Assembly (NCBI GenBank): GCA_051942205.1 | Contig: JAVECO010000009.1 | Span: 124,001-188,000, forward strand | Length of the DNA stretch: 64,000 nucleotides | From: Coniocarpon cinnabarinum | Taxonomy: Eukaryota | Reading direction: 5' to 3' | In this document: in pieces, positions 24,501-37,198 of the stretch | How positions within the stretch are numbered: position 1 is the first letter of the stretch | Layout of the letters: each line of letters begins with the position of its first letter | Notes under the pieces: model-generated | Told to the model about the DNA's origin: nothing | Databases searched by the model: none | The model's input: only the letters and a program-made list of their open reading frames with translations | Program-made: the position numbers and the translations under genes

Positions 24501-27500
24501 GTTCGCTTTCAGGAGCGACGAGGCCAGAAGATTGATGCAGGTAGAGCCGGGACCAATTTCAATAACGAATGACTGATCCTGAATGTGCCCCTCTGCTTCA
24601 CATGCGCGCACTGCATCAAGGAAAGCTACTGGCTCGCGAGTATGTCGCCGAATGTAGCTGGCGTTGAAGACGTCTTCACCTGGCTGCACGATCTTTCCAA
24701 GCAATGTAGATGCTACAGGAAGTGCTGGCGCGTGGAATTTCATTTTCGATGCGGTCACCTCCAGATCATCCAGCAACGAAACCATTTGGCAGGTGTGGAA
24801 TGCGTGACTAACCTGAAGCCGTGTTGTAGTAACGCTGCCTTCTGACTTCAAATTCTGCTCGAGCTTCTCAATTGCCACCATGGAACCGCCTACGACAGTG
24901 CTTGATGGTCCATTGATGCAACATACTTCACACCATAGGTTTTCAGAGGTCAAGTCCTCAATGTGTTGTCGGACGGCGTTCACATGAAGGCTGACGGAGA
25001 GCATGCCCGACCCAAAAGGTGGACATCGTGCGCAGATTAGTTGCGCCCGTGCATGTGCGAGAGCTAGCGCGTTGCTCACAGACAGCACGCCCGCGATACA
25101 AAGAGCGGCGTATTCACCAAGACTGTGGCCAATCAATAGAGTCGGACGTACACCAAGTGATTGCCAATATCGTGCAAGAGCAATTTCCAGGGCAACGGTC
25201 GCTACCTGCATGTCGCGCAGGATGGACAGGTTCTTTGCTGCGCTGTTTTTATTTCCTCGGATAAAGTCAAGAAAGCTGCTGTCGAGTCCCTGTGCATTCA
25301 GGATTTGCTGATACGAGTCGAGCGTGTGTCGAAACGTAGGCGACGAGCGGTAAAGTGTTCCTCCCATGCCTATATATCCGCTGCCCTGTCCGGTAAAAGC
25401 AAAGACCACCGACGATGCCATTGGCACTGGGCCCGCGGGCTGTTTCATCTGATCCAGGAGGTCTTGCATTGAGCTTGTCACATACGCGTCTCGAAGATTC
25501 TGATGCATGCGTCGCGCAGTAGTAGTATAGGCGAGGCTAGCCAACGGTGTCTCCGGATGCTGTAAGAGATACTCCCGCAGACGGTTTCTGTTCCGTACCT
25601 GCGCTACTTCTGTTCGACCGGATGTGACGACAATATGATGGGAGAGAGCATCAGACTGTGACGGTGGCGACGGACGAGCAAAAGTAGGAGCGTCATGAAG
25701 CAGAACACTTCCATTGCCTCCAGCAGCGTCGAAATTGTTCACAAGAACGTAGCGAGGGTTGTTGCTATTCCTCGGCCATGCTTGTCCATTGGCAAGTTGT
25801 ACGTCCGTACCAGGTCCCAGAACTGGAAGCAGATGTGGGTTGAGTTTGATGGGCTGATTTGGTTGAGGTGGAATGGTGTTGTGATGAAGCATCAGGATGA
25901 CTTTAATAATGGATACGATGCCCGCAGCGGCCTCGCTGTGACCTAAGTTGGCTTTGACAGCACCGACAATCAGCGGTTGCGGTCGTTTGTGTCCATCGGA
26001 CGACGCGAAGACGTTCCGCACTGCCATTGTTTCGCAACGATCTCCTGCCTGGGTTCCTGTGCCATGCATTTCAATGACGCCGACTTCACTCGGTAGTACG
26101 GCAGCTTGGCGGAGCACGCGGCGATACAGCGCCTCCTGGGCCTTTGCACCTGGATGAGTAATGGACGCCTCGCCGGCATTAGTATTCCTTGCCGCACCTC
26201 CAATCACGGCAAGAACGTCGTCCTTCGCCTCAATCGCATCTGATAAGCGTTTGAGGACCATGACTGCGACCCCCTCGCCTCTGCAGTATCCGTCAGCTTC
26301 GTCTGAGAAAGTTTTGCAGGCCCCAGTAGGTGACAGAAACCCTCCTTGGCCAAGTCCGCTGAACCACTCGGGTGCTGTCAGCAAGGTACCGCCGCCGACT
26401 ACAGCAGCATCACAGTCACCTCTGACGAGTTGATCGCGGGCAATGCAGATGCTCGTAGCGCTCGAAGAACACCCCGTGTCAATACTGAAGAATCCTCCAG
26501 CCCATTTGAAGTAATGACAGAGCCGTCCTGGAGCGAAGCCGCGATTTACGGCCGGCAGGAAGTGCGTGTCGATGCCTTGTTGTTCATTGATTGTCTTCCA
26601 ATCATCGACCGTCTGGCCAAAGTATGTGGCGATCCGCGGTGCCGGGTCTTGACTCTTCTCACCATAGCCCGCCATTTCAAGCGCTTCATAGGTGGTCATG
26701 AGCAACATACGCTGTACAGGGTCCATCTGCAGTGCCTCACGCGGGGAAATGTTGAACAGGCGATAGTCGAAATCACCGGGTGTCCTGATGAAGCATCCGT
26801 GGCGTGAAACAAGGGAATTGTGTTTCTTACAAAAAGGATCATAGAAATCGTGAACATTGAAGCGTGACGATGGGCTTTCTTGGTGTGTTGTGGTTCCAGA
26901 CTCCAGTAGATGCCAGAGTTCATCCAGTGTGTCGCTCTTCGGAAATCGTCCTGACATACCCACCACGGCAATCGACTCTGATGGTATGCTGTCGACATCA
27001 TTGCCGGAAGCCTTTGGACAAGGGTTTAAGCCGCCTTCTCGAACGACCTGGTCATGTTGACTCAAAATTTCGTGCAACGAAGAAGCATTCAGATTTGATC
27101 CTATCGCGATGAGGACAACTTCTGAGTTGCCTGTGCCTTGCAGAGCGCTACCTACAGTCTGAAAAGTCTCCTTCATCCGCATTGGCTGATGTGCTATGGC
27201 TAAGGAGGTGTAACACCAGAGGTCCCCCATGGTTTCTGCGGAGACTGGTTCCTTAGGAGTATGTACGGAGTAGAGAGAGCGTCGCACAGTACTCGCCTTG
27301 TTGACGCAAGTGTCCTCAACAATCTCTTGTGTGTTGACTGGTGAGAGATCAGAGAGATACTTGAGGCTCTGAACCTTTGCGGTCCTGATGGTGCCCTCAG
27401 CTACGGTGGGCATGCGTGATAGAGTTTCCAGAGTGGAGGGCCGGCTGAGGACGATATGCTCCTCAGATGCGCTCTCGCTGACATAGGCGTGATCAGGAAG

Positions 27501-28124
27501 CGGTACCGCACTGTTCACCTCTGTCAGTAACCGTTGAACATCTTCGAGAGTATAGCCTGAAAGGACACGAGCAAACGGCCAATCTGATTCCTCACAGGCT
27601 GGACAAATTCTCTGCAGTGTAACACCGAGACGATAGGCAACTGCTATACCTTCTAAGCCCAAGGTGATGACGGAGCTGGTGTTGACCGCTGCTGCAGCAA
27701 CCGACGCTGCGATGAGGCCTGGACCGAGGCCGACTGGTATCGTTGTGTCGGATAGAATCGAAGGGTCTTCTTCAACTAACCTGGGTGTAGCTCAGTTTCC
27801 CCTACAATTCGAGATCATTTTGGAGACGTACACTAAAAGCTGACCGAGTTGGATCGTGGCCAGGAGAGCAAATTCGATTGCTAGGTTGTTGCGCTGTTGG
27901 TTAAGATGTCGCTCGGCCAGCTCGAACACATCCTCGAAAGGTGGCACTTTGATGGTTTCTGTTCCAAGCGAAGATGAAGCCTGTTTTCGGACTACATTCG
28001 AAGAGGAGACCAAGAAGCTGCGCAAATAGGATTGTGTTTTTGATCGTATATTGATATCATGCAGCGCAGACAACACATCTGCGTGTTCGTGAGCGAAAAG
28101 GAGAACATGGCGACTGAGCGTCAT
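21501..28124 (-). CDS. orsA: Non-reducing polyketide synthase SAT-KS-AT-PT-ACP-ACP-TE, orsellinic/lecanoric acid synthase (OrsA)-like
   Basis: Introns at 27781-27831, 22348-22406 and 21605-21671 give a continuous frame. KS: DTGCSSS, EMHGTGT, GHSEAAAG. AT: GHSLG. PT: GHVV. ACPs: GIDSQM and GMDSML. TE: GWSAG..DHFTMM. Stretches such as 'PRIATYFGQTVDDWKTINEQQGIDTHFLP' and 'LLTAPEWFSGL' closely match A. nidulans OrsA as recalled. Confidence 0.9.
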
Positions 28125-29585
28125 GTTCCAGAAAAACGTCGCCGGTGCAGAGCTTCTTCGGTTCAAAGAATGCGATTGTTGAGGCTAATTATGCCACTCT
28201 ATCGACGTGGTTCTTCGGATACTTTGGGCTACGTTGGCCGCTGCCCGATGATTCAACTCATCGAATTGAGGAATGGGTTTAAGCCAACGAGCCGTACATG
28301 GCAATACTTTGTATGTTGCAGCGCAAGGTACGACAGACACACTGCTGTTCCGTGAACGTATGTACATATACGGGAACATCTTCAATATGCAATGAGTGAC
28401 CTTGAGCAGGAAGAGTTGAGTCATGGCGACTGAGTTCGAGGCGTAACTGCATTGACTTGGAAACGAATGCACGCATCGGTTCGCAGGCCGCGTTCAGACT
28501 GAGCGTCTCTCTAGCTTGGCTCGTTAGCAGGGAGGCAATCATTAAAGTGTAGAAAGCCCGTTGACCTTGGCATCATACGTTACTAGAGATAATATCGCTT
28601 CTCGTTCCGCTCAGAGCGACTACGGTGCATGTATGTTGCAGCGCGCATGGATACTGCCAGCGCGATATCATCTCGAGTCACTTACGCACTGATGTTGTTA
28701 CTGCCACATGCGTTTCGGCAATATTACAGGTCAGTAATTCTCAACCCCAAGGCGTTTCCGAACTTGAGCACCTAGGTCATTCGTGTATCAAATTTCACTC
28801 CACAACGGGATCCTCCGTCAGTCTCTTGAATTTGGCTTCGCAGACTCTTTCAGAATCCGTAATAGCCCTTCAAGAGATGATACTGAGCAACATAATCGCG
28901 CTACACGTAATCCATTACAGCTCTGAGCAGGAGGATGATGTTGTCTGTGGATCTTTGATGGCATTTTGATGTATATGTTTCCTATTTAGGCATGACTTGA
29001 GCCGCTTCACTTTCCTTTCTACTAGCTCTACAAATTTCGTCCTTCTTGCGCCCTGAGCTGGTTCTGGGAGTACTTCTTACGAAAGCACACATGCATATGC
29101 AGGACCCGGCGTAACTGATGCATGCTGCACGTATCGGCCCCTTGAACTAACGAAGAATTACGCAAGACGCGAACGGGAGTCAACCTTGAACCTGCTCTTA
29201 TCATTGCATCACTGGCATCGTTAATAATTGCTGGCACATAGCAGCCCCATTCTTCACCTTGTTGACTCCTCTTGGCAATAGCATTGGCGTCTTGCGTACT
29301 TTGGATATACGCTCGGTGATCCCAGTGGCCACGTTTCCAGCGCGTCCAAGGCCAGTGCACCGTTTGCAATGTCTCGCATCGTATATGCCGGTGCCATGTA
29401 CATCCAGAGCCTGGCGCAGTGCTGGACATGTGACTGAACTGCAAATGAGCATTCTTGACCTGCTGAGAGATACGCTGAGCGTGCACGAATCTCTGGATAT
29501 CCAGTACCTTGATCGATTTCTTGCCCCTGTGGCAATTGTATGGCCATCTTGTGGGCAAGTCAGCTACCCATGCTGTAGCTGTTGC

Positions 29586-30693
29586 TCAGAGCTCCACGAC
29601 CAACTTCCTCCCACTGACACCCTGTTTACACTTCTTGATAGCATCCTGTACACATGCCAATCCCCTCCCCACCACGAGCGGTGGCGGAAGACACTTCAGC
29701 ACACCCTTTTTCAGTGCTTCCGTCACAAACTCCCTCCACGCCGGGTTCACCACATCATTCATCGCAAAAATCATCCCCGTCTTGACATTGGGCGGCACGT
29801 TCTCCGTTGGCGGCGGATGCGAACATGCGAGATGACCTCCTCCCAGCTGTTCCAGAATCGCGATATCCTGCGAGTATGACTCAGGTGTTGAGACAGCGTC
29901 GAAGATTCCAATGAAGTCGCTCTTGGAGCCCTTCACGGCGTCGACGACTTGCGCTACAAGGTTTGAGTCTGCTCGATCGAGGACGTGCACTGCGCCACAT
30001 TGCTTGACGAGGTCATGATTCCGTGCACTTGCAATGCCGATGACGGAGATGCCCGTTGCGGTTGCGATTTGCGTAGTCATTGAGCCAATAGATGATGAGG
30101 CGCCGTAGACCACTAGTGTTTTACCAGTAGCAGGTTTACGATCCTTGAGTGTAGGGTAGGGAAGGCCAAGCGCAGGGATAGAGATGCCAGGGAGGCACTC
30201 TTCTGATTTGGCGACGGAAAGTGTGCACACTGCGGCTTCGAAAGCGAATGGAATGATCGCGCCGTCTTTAAATGATATGTGATCCGGTAGGATGGCTGCT
30301 TTGTCGTCGGGTACAATCGTGTAGTGCGCGAATGCACCGTCTGAGGGTCGTCCGCTGACCAGATTAATGCAGTGGCTAATGAACATAAGATGAGAGAGAC
30401 AGAGCGGTGACGAAGTATGGCACTTACCCAATGATGCGATCGCCTTTCTTGAACCGAGTAACGCCTGTGCCGACCTCGTGAACTTCGCCAGCAACGTCAC
30501 AACCGAGGATTGTGGGACAATGCTGGACAAATACGCCAGCGTCTTGCATGTGGTAGTCTAGGGGATTGATAGCAACAGCGTAGCTCCCAACGACGATCTC
30601 GTTGGTAGTTGGCGTAGGCATGGGAGCGTCGCGGACCTCTAGGGGAGTGTTGACTTTGTCGAGCCATGCGGCCTGGTTTATTACCGCTGGCAT
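29586..30693 (-). CDS. MDR-family enoyl-reductase-like dehydrogenase (OrsE-like family)
   Basis: Intron 30376-30427. GroES-like 'AVAINPLDY..PTILGCDVAGEV', Rossmann 'VYGASSSIG', C-terminal 'GVSGRKLVVEL'. Confidence 0.88.
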
Positions 30694-31555
30694 GATTTCG
30701 AGCTTGATCTTCTGATCTGTAGTTGGTAATCAGTCCACGTAAAGTATGTTCAAGTGTGCTCAAATGCTGCTCAGTGGCGGGAGGAGAGACGGATGCTACA
30801 AGCTCTTTACATGATCATGTTGTTGACGTCTCTAAGCCGAACGAGGAAGATGTTAGAAGTCTTCTCACGGCCCGCTCTTCCAACGTGAAAAACATCTAGC
30901 AACCAATGTGCCTATCTCGAGCCGTCATCCTGATCTCTTTGGCCCGTCTATGCCTAACCCATACAGGTAATACTTCGAAGTACTCGGAATACTGCCCAAT
31001 CAAGCTGGCATTGCACTCTAGAAGACGGCTCATTGAGATGCGCGGACGCTTTAGCTCTGACGCATACGAATAACCACCTGAGCGCTTTGTTTCAGATGGA
31101 CCTTGCGTCACACACATTTCCTCCATCTCTCAAGAGTCTACTCTTGGTTTCTGCGCTGTTCGTTTTTCCATCGTTTACTAACGTGAGCACGCGAAATCTC
31201 ATCATGGACGTTAGTATACGTGTGGCTGGCGGCGCTCGCGATGATCACGTCCAGCAGCTTTCATTCTTTATAAGCAGCGGCCTCACTCCAACAGCTGCAC
31301 AGTAAGCGCGACGAGCGTAGTGCTTGGATGAGTGCGTCATGATTCTGTATCGTACCGTTCGAGCGCAGTATGAAACATGCGATCGCAACACTAGACAGAG
31401 AATAGGGCAATCATACCACCTCGAACCTTAAGATGAGGGACAAAATGAAATAACTATGACGCGAAAGGGACACGATCACGTGATTCGTAAGTCTTCATCA
31501 CGTCTCGCAATCTTAATCACTACGAACTCACAACCACACCTCTCTACACCACACA

Positions 31556-32170
31556 ATGGCCTGGATATCAAGCCCACTCCTCATCCGCCTCCTCGCTCTC
31601 ATCCGACTCAGCGCCGGCATCCTCCTACTCCTCAACCCCCAAACATTGCTAACCCAAAACACAATCCTCGTCCTCTCCAGCGCAATGCGCCTCCCTCTCC
31701 CCTATACGTCCAACACACCTTCAGCGTCTTCCGTCCCCACCATGGCCACCCCCGCAACCTCCCTAGCAGCGCTAGCGCTGAGTCTCATCAGTCTGAATGA
31801 CTTCGCAGCCACGTTTCTCAGCGAGGGCGGATATGACGAGTTCTTCTCTTTGCAGGCGATCGCGCGGACGACGCTCTTCCTCGGGTTAGGCGGATGGATA
31901 TACGTCTCGAAACCGGAGGACGCGGGGGGGATGTTGAATACGAGCGCCAAGCCGAGTTTGGGTGAGGGACGGACGAAGAAATTCGGGGAACATTGGAGTG
32001 ATGGGATGAAGAATGGGCTCATCTTTAGTTGGGCGTTTGTGGAGATGACGTGTTGGTTTTGGGTTATGCTTTGTTTGCGGGGTGAGAGGGAGGAGAGGGC
32101 GCGAAGAATCTTCAGGGAGAGGGAGGAGAGGAAGTTGAAGGAAGAGAGGGAGGGTGTTGTATTGAGGTAG
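31556..32170 (+). CDS. ILM1: Ilm1-family membrane protein (increased loss of mtDNA)
   Basis: 'MAWISSPLLIR', several TM segments, and a 'KNGLIFSWAFVEMTCWFWVMLCLRGER' C-terminal pattern as recalled for Ilm1. Confidence 0.75.
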   Translation: MAWISSPLLIRLLALIRLSAGILLLLNPQTLLTQNTILVLSSAMRLPLPYTSNTPSASSVPTMATPATSLAALALSLISLNDFAATFLSEGGYDEFFSLQAIARTTLFLGLGGWIYVSKPEDAGGMLNTSAKPSLGEGRTKKFGEHWSDGMKNGLIFSWAFVEMTCWFWVMLCLRGEREERARRIFREREERKLKEEREGVVLR

Positions 32171-32380
32171 CGTGTTGAGAGCTGTGACGCGTGAGAGCTG
32201 TGATTCAGGAAATAGGAGGAAGGGATACACACGACATGACACGGGCTTCAAGTCACGTCCGAGGCATAGAACGTGGGACGTTCATGTGTGCAGCATTGCT
32301 GAATGGCTGATGCCTTGGTTGTCCGCTTTCCTGTGTGTGAGCAGAGAAGCTACCAACGACGGCTATCATAAAAATCCACG

Positions 32381-34173
32381 TCAGCTTCGTCCACACTTAT
32401 CAATCTGCACCCTCTTATCCACACCACCCGAGACAATACCCACACTCTTATCCCACCGCAGCGCATGCAACCTCACCCCCTCGCCACCAGGAATTCGATC
32501 ACATTTACTCCCACTGCCCGTTCTCGGAATCTTATACGTACTCCCACGCTTTTCGCTCACCGGATCCGACGCCACGCGAATATCCCAGATCCGGACGCAT
32601 CCGTCATGGCTTGCGCTCGCAATACCGTATTGGCTTTCTGGGTCACTGTCGAGAGCGACCACAGCATTGTGATGGCCCATTAATGTGCCAACGGATTGAC
32701 GGACTGCGTCTTCTCGAGGGTCCATCAGAATGATGCGGCGATCGTCAGTGCCCGTGGCAACGAGACCTAGCTCTTTCATATTGTGAATGCAGCGATGAGG
32801 TGTATGTGGGCCACCGGGCGTCTTCGATTGGACGGCTTGCGCAGTTTCGAGATCCCAGGTTCGAACTGTACTATCCTGCGCTGCGGTATACGCGACAGAT
32901 GCGTCATTGGGATGGAACACCACGCCTGTGACTTTGGCCGTGTGACCAGCTAGAGTATATAGAGGACCCCGTGCTTGCGTCTTAGCATGGTTGAGCTTCC
33001 TACGCTTGTTAGAGCTCGAAGAAGGCATGACCGCCGTGTCGGCTTCGGGCGCATCCTCCGCATCCGCACTCCAAAGCATAGCTGTACTATCCGTCGACGC
33101 GGATAAGATCCGTGAGTCATGCACGGCGAGGTCATTAACAGCCATCCTATGTCCATGGAGATCCAATGACCGCGTGAACTTGCCACCGCCTCCCGCCGAA
33201 GCATCTGCCGTCTCTTCAAATTCCCAAATACGGAGGTACGAACGCCAGCCCGACGCAACCACTTGTGAAGGCGACAAAAATTTAGCAGTTATCAACATCG
33301 GTTGACGGCCATCAGCTAGTCGACGATTGCCGTGTTCATCAGGAGCTTCGGCGCCTTCAGACATAGCGATGCACTGACCGGACATGTTCCACATGCGCAC
33401 GCTGCCGTCGTAGCTCCCACTTAGGATCCTCTCGTGTCCCGGTTGCGCAGTCTGCGATAGTGCTGAAGTACTGCTCAAGACGTCGATTGCACCGATCCAG
33501 TCATCGTGCTGGAAGCTTGACTGGAAGCGCGGAGGTAGTTGCGCGCGTGCGTACTCGACATCGAGAATTTCTTCTGTCGATGTGCCGTGTGCTGCGAGCC
33601 ATTCGTCCAAGGAGGTGCGTAATGGTGAGGCCTTGACGAAGAATTCCAAAGGTATTCGTGTTTTTGTTTCTAAAAGCTCGTTTACGATGGCACTCAGATC
33701 TTGTCTGCGTAATGCTATCCGTGGTCAGCCAGCGAGCTTGAGTAAAGAGGCTGCTTTTGGCCGCTGCGTGAAGGACGAAACAACATGGGCTCGTGTCAAC
33801 CGCCCTCGCGGTCTATGTAGCACTGAGTCTCTTACGACTCAGAGTCCTTCGCTTGCATTCGATAGCTGAGTCCCCAAGTTTAGAAATCAAGCGCTTTTTG
33901 AATAGACGAGCACTGCCCCAGAATCTCGCCCATGCCTCAATGAGAGTCTTGAATCGTTCGACCTGAGAATGTCACGACTGCTGCAGATTTCCACTTCAGG
34001 TGGTACGGTTGACGTTTCGACAAATTTCACAGACATTATCGAATAGTTTGTAACTTACATGTAGGCACAAGAATAGGACCAGGCTGCTCAGGCAATTGGA
34101 GGTCGTCATGCTGGCTCGATAACTGAATGCGCACCTGTTGTATTTGTCCAATGGCTGCACGACCTGCTGCCAT
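32381..34173 (-). CDS. YTM1: Ribosome biogenesis protein Ytm1/WDR12 (NLE + WD40)
   Basis: Exon 1 (34059-34173) 'QVRIQLSSQHDDLQLPEQPGPILVPT', a 344-nt intron (33715-34058), then 'SLRRQDLSAIVNELL..PLEFFVKASPLRTSLDEWL..EYARA..HDDWI' and WD repeats. Confidence 0.92.
33791..34013 (-). ncRNA. Candidate structured intronic RNA (snoRNA-like or other) in YTM1 intron 1
   Basis: Terminal stem GTCAACCG/CGGTTGAC encloses about five hairpins. An ACA triplet sits at the 3' base of the stem. The intron is about six times the local norm. Family not identified. Confidence 0.5.
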
Positions 34174-34430
34174 TTTCCAATGGCTTCTAACAAATTCTTC
34201 CTCTCAACACGAAGAATCTATCTATACGAACCCCTCACATCTCAGAGTGTCCACCTCGGAAGCAGTAGATTTTCAAGGGTATTCAATACCCTAACCCCCT
34301 TTACCACCGCTGATCGAACAGCATATTCATTGGCAGATGCGAGAATCTCATGCTATAGGAGGCGAATATAAAGAATTGAAAGCAAATGCGGGAGCTCAAG
34401 TAGTTCTCATGGAACAACAAAAGCCATTCG

Positions 34431-36761
34431 CTACAGCACCTCCTCGGTCTCCTTAATAATTTCCTCCACAATCTCTTCCACAACCTCCTGCTCACCCTCA
34501 TCAGGCGGCTGGCTTTCCGTCTCCTCTGATGGCATTTCATCCTCGGGCACGCCATCTCTCGCCGCAGCATCAAGTCGCAGCTCTTCCAGCTCCAACTTCG
34601 CTTGTCGCTCGAAAATGAACCACTCGGCAAGCATATTCTTCCGCTGGTCGATGAGCGCACGGTTGGCGGATGTCTTGCGCTGTTCGTCTTGGACGTCGAA
34701 CGTCTTGCTGTATTCGCGGAGGTTGCGACGGACTTGCTTTTGTTCGTCCTTGGACAACATCATTGGTGGTCGTGGTCGCCAGCTGAACTGCTTGAAGCGG
34801 TCGATATGTTCCTCGCGGAGGAGTTGGCCTTTGAAGTCGTAAAGATGGTATCCGCTTTCCATCTGTGTCTTATTAGCAAACCAGGTGGTTGGATCTTGAA
34901 AGAAACAAAGCTTACCGCATGCTTCCACACACTCGCGCTGGTGGAGACGTATCGTCCAGAGGGATCCCAATCGACATCAGTGACACCGTAATGATCGGCA
35001 GTCGACATGTGTTGTAAATTGGCAGCCAAGTCCTTGTCCTTCTCTTCCTTCTCGCCCTCATAATCAAGATCATAGAAGTCCAGCTCATTGCTCTGCTGCG
35101 ATTGCACAGTCGCAACAACAACGAAGCGGCCTTTAGGTGACCAATAGATAGCATTGCTGTTGCGCTTCTCAAGCGTGCGAATGTGTCTGAAGTTGGCTCC
35201 AGTCATGCCCTTTCCTTTCTCGGGACAGAAAAATGATACGGCGGTCTTCGGCGGGATTGCGGTATTCATGGGGATCTCACCAGCTGTAATCAATACAAAT
35301 CGGTCGCCTTTCGGTTCCCAAGCAAAATTGATGACCGGATCTTTAATAGAATCGACGACCTCGACCGGTACGCCTTTTTCACGAACTCGGAAAATCTCCA
35401 AGTTTGTCGCAAGAGACTTCTTGGACTTGGAGTGTCGGTCAACCTTTACACAGAGGTAATGCGCTTGTGACTGCCAGTGTAGCTTTGCATCAGAGACGTT
35501 GAACAAGTTCCGTGTCCTGACGATCTCTTTTGATGGCACGCTCATCAAACCCACTTTCGCAGGGTTGCTGCCAATCTCAGGCGTCCAGAAGCAGAAGAGT
35601 TGCTCATATGATTTGACATTGTCTCGTTGGGGAGTCGATGGCGCCCATTCGAAATCTACGATTCCGTCGATCTTGATAGAAACTTTGTCGAGTAGATTCA
35701 TTCGCGGTAGCTCATAGACAGACACGGATTCTCCTTGCTTCATTCGCGCAACATATTTGTCGTCGGCAGACCATTTGAAAGCAGGCCAACTCATTTTCTT
35801 CTTGATGGGCTTGCCTTCCTCGTCAAACGCGGGACCTTGTTCAATGTTGGCAAATGATCGCAACGGCTTGCCTGTCGCAACGTCCCAGATGATGTAATTC
35901 TTGCCGTCTTCTTCTGGCGTAAGGACAGGATTGTCTTCCTCAACGACGACGGGCCGATGGGACCAAGTTGTGACGTAATTTTCATTGGGTGAGAAATCAA
36001 TCAGGTTCACGCCGGGATGTGTCAACCGCTTCAACCGCAACCAGCCCTTGCCACCCCAGAGCAGTACACCTTTTGAATGCATTGAAGCAAGGTAGGTGCC
36101 CAATGGCGACCACTGCACGAAAGTCTCCGTCCATTGTAATCGATCAACGATATTTGATGGTGGCTCTTCCTTCTCGTTCCAAAATACGCCCACATTCTCG
36201 TTTCGGAACATAATGAACTGGTCGCGGCCATCTTCATCGCCGACCCACCATCGGAGATGTTCACGGTCTTTGTAGGGCTCAATGTGGGGTGGCTGAAACT
36301 CGTCCGCGATTCTGCCTTCACGTCCGTACCGCTCAATGTCCGTGAGCTTGTTGACGAACATGGTATGCTTCTTGTCCAGAGGTGTGTTATTCAAAGATTT
36401 GACAGCGTGATTGGCTTGATCCGCCGTTGCGAATTCGACAAATGCATAGCCCTCGGATTTGCGCTCTTCGTCGAAAGGCATGTAGAAGGCATCTTCTTTG
36501 ACATCACCAGCGGCTCGGATCTTCTTGAGGATGAACTTGACAAGTTTGCCCTTGGCATCCTCTCCAACGACAGGCAGTCCATCGAGGACAACAAATGTGT
36601 CCAGCCCTTCTTCGAGTCGAATGTCGTATTGTTCATTCAGATCTGCCTAGTTGTCAGTTTCGCAGCAGCAGATTTGCTGAATTGCACATACCTGAAAAGT
36701 CGATTTCAGCGATTTCGTCTTCGTCATCGTAACCATTTTGCATATCCACGCTTGGGGCCAT
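34431..36761 (-). CDS. PRT1: Translation initiation factor eIF3 subunit B
   Basis: Two introns. RRM '[17 protein letters not shown]', beta-propeller '[10 protein letters not shown]', '[10 protein letters not shown]', and 'FSWRPRP' near the C-terminus. Confidence 0.95.
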
Positions 36762-37198
36762 GATGGGTAGTGGAGATTATTTTCGCAGCTTTTGATTTTC
36801 TCTGTTCGAGCAGTGTACGAGGAGCTGTCTATGAAAGTGGGTGCGTGGGATGGAAAATGTTCTGAAGCAGAGTGGTGGAGTGGCTCGGCAGGTGGGTGGT
36901 GGAAGTCAAGTCAGAATCGTGGCACTGCTGGACGCGATAATGGTCACGGATATCAGTCTAGTGGGTGAGCCTACCTACACGACGAGTAGGATTCGCGGCG
37001 CGAAGCCATAGGTACTACAGGAAAATCTCTCTGCACCTAACAAGATTCTGAATCACATTCCAGCAAGTGCTCTCCAAGGCGCTTGCCATCACATGATGAA
37101 TTTCTTGAGCAATTGTGGCTGGTGCCAGGCGCAAGGGACTACTCATTGTGAAATGACATCCACAATCAACTATCTATGCCTTGGGAGTCATTGCTGCA

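Noticed and set aside
28200..29560. Possible decayed orsB/orsC remnants between the PKS and the dehydrogenase
   Set aside because: Translations show no amidohydrolase or tyrosinase motifs; BLASTX would be needed.
31092..31206. Minus-strand ATGATGA..CTGA with a 9-nt match to LSU rRNA (GCTCACGTT)
   Set aside because: The match is not adjacent to a D/D' box and there is no terminal stem; probably chance.
33795..34030. Group I intron-like Q (AATCTGCAGC) and R (TTCAAGACT) resemblance in the YTM1 intron
   Set aside because: The P and S elements and P3/P4 pairings are not convincingly present, and the intron has normal spliceosomal signals.
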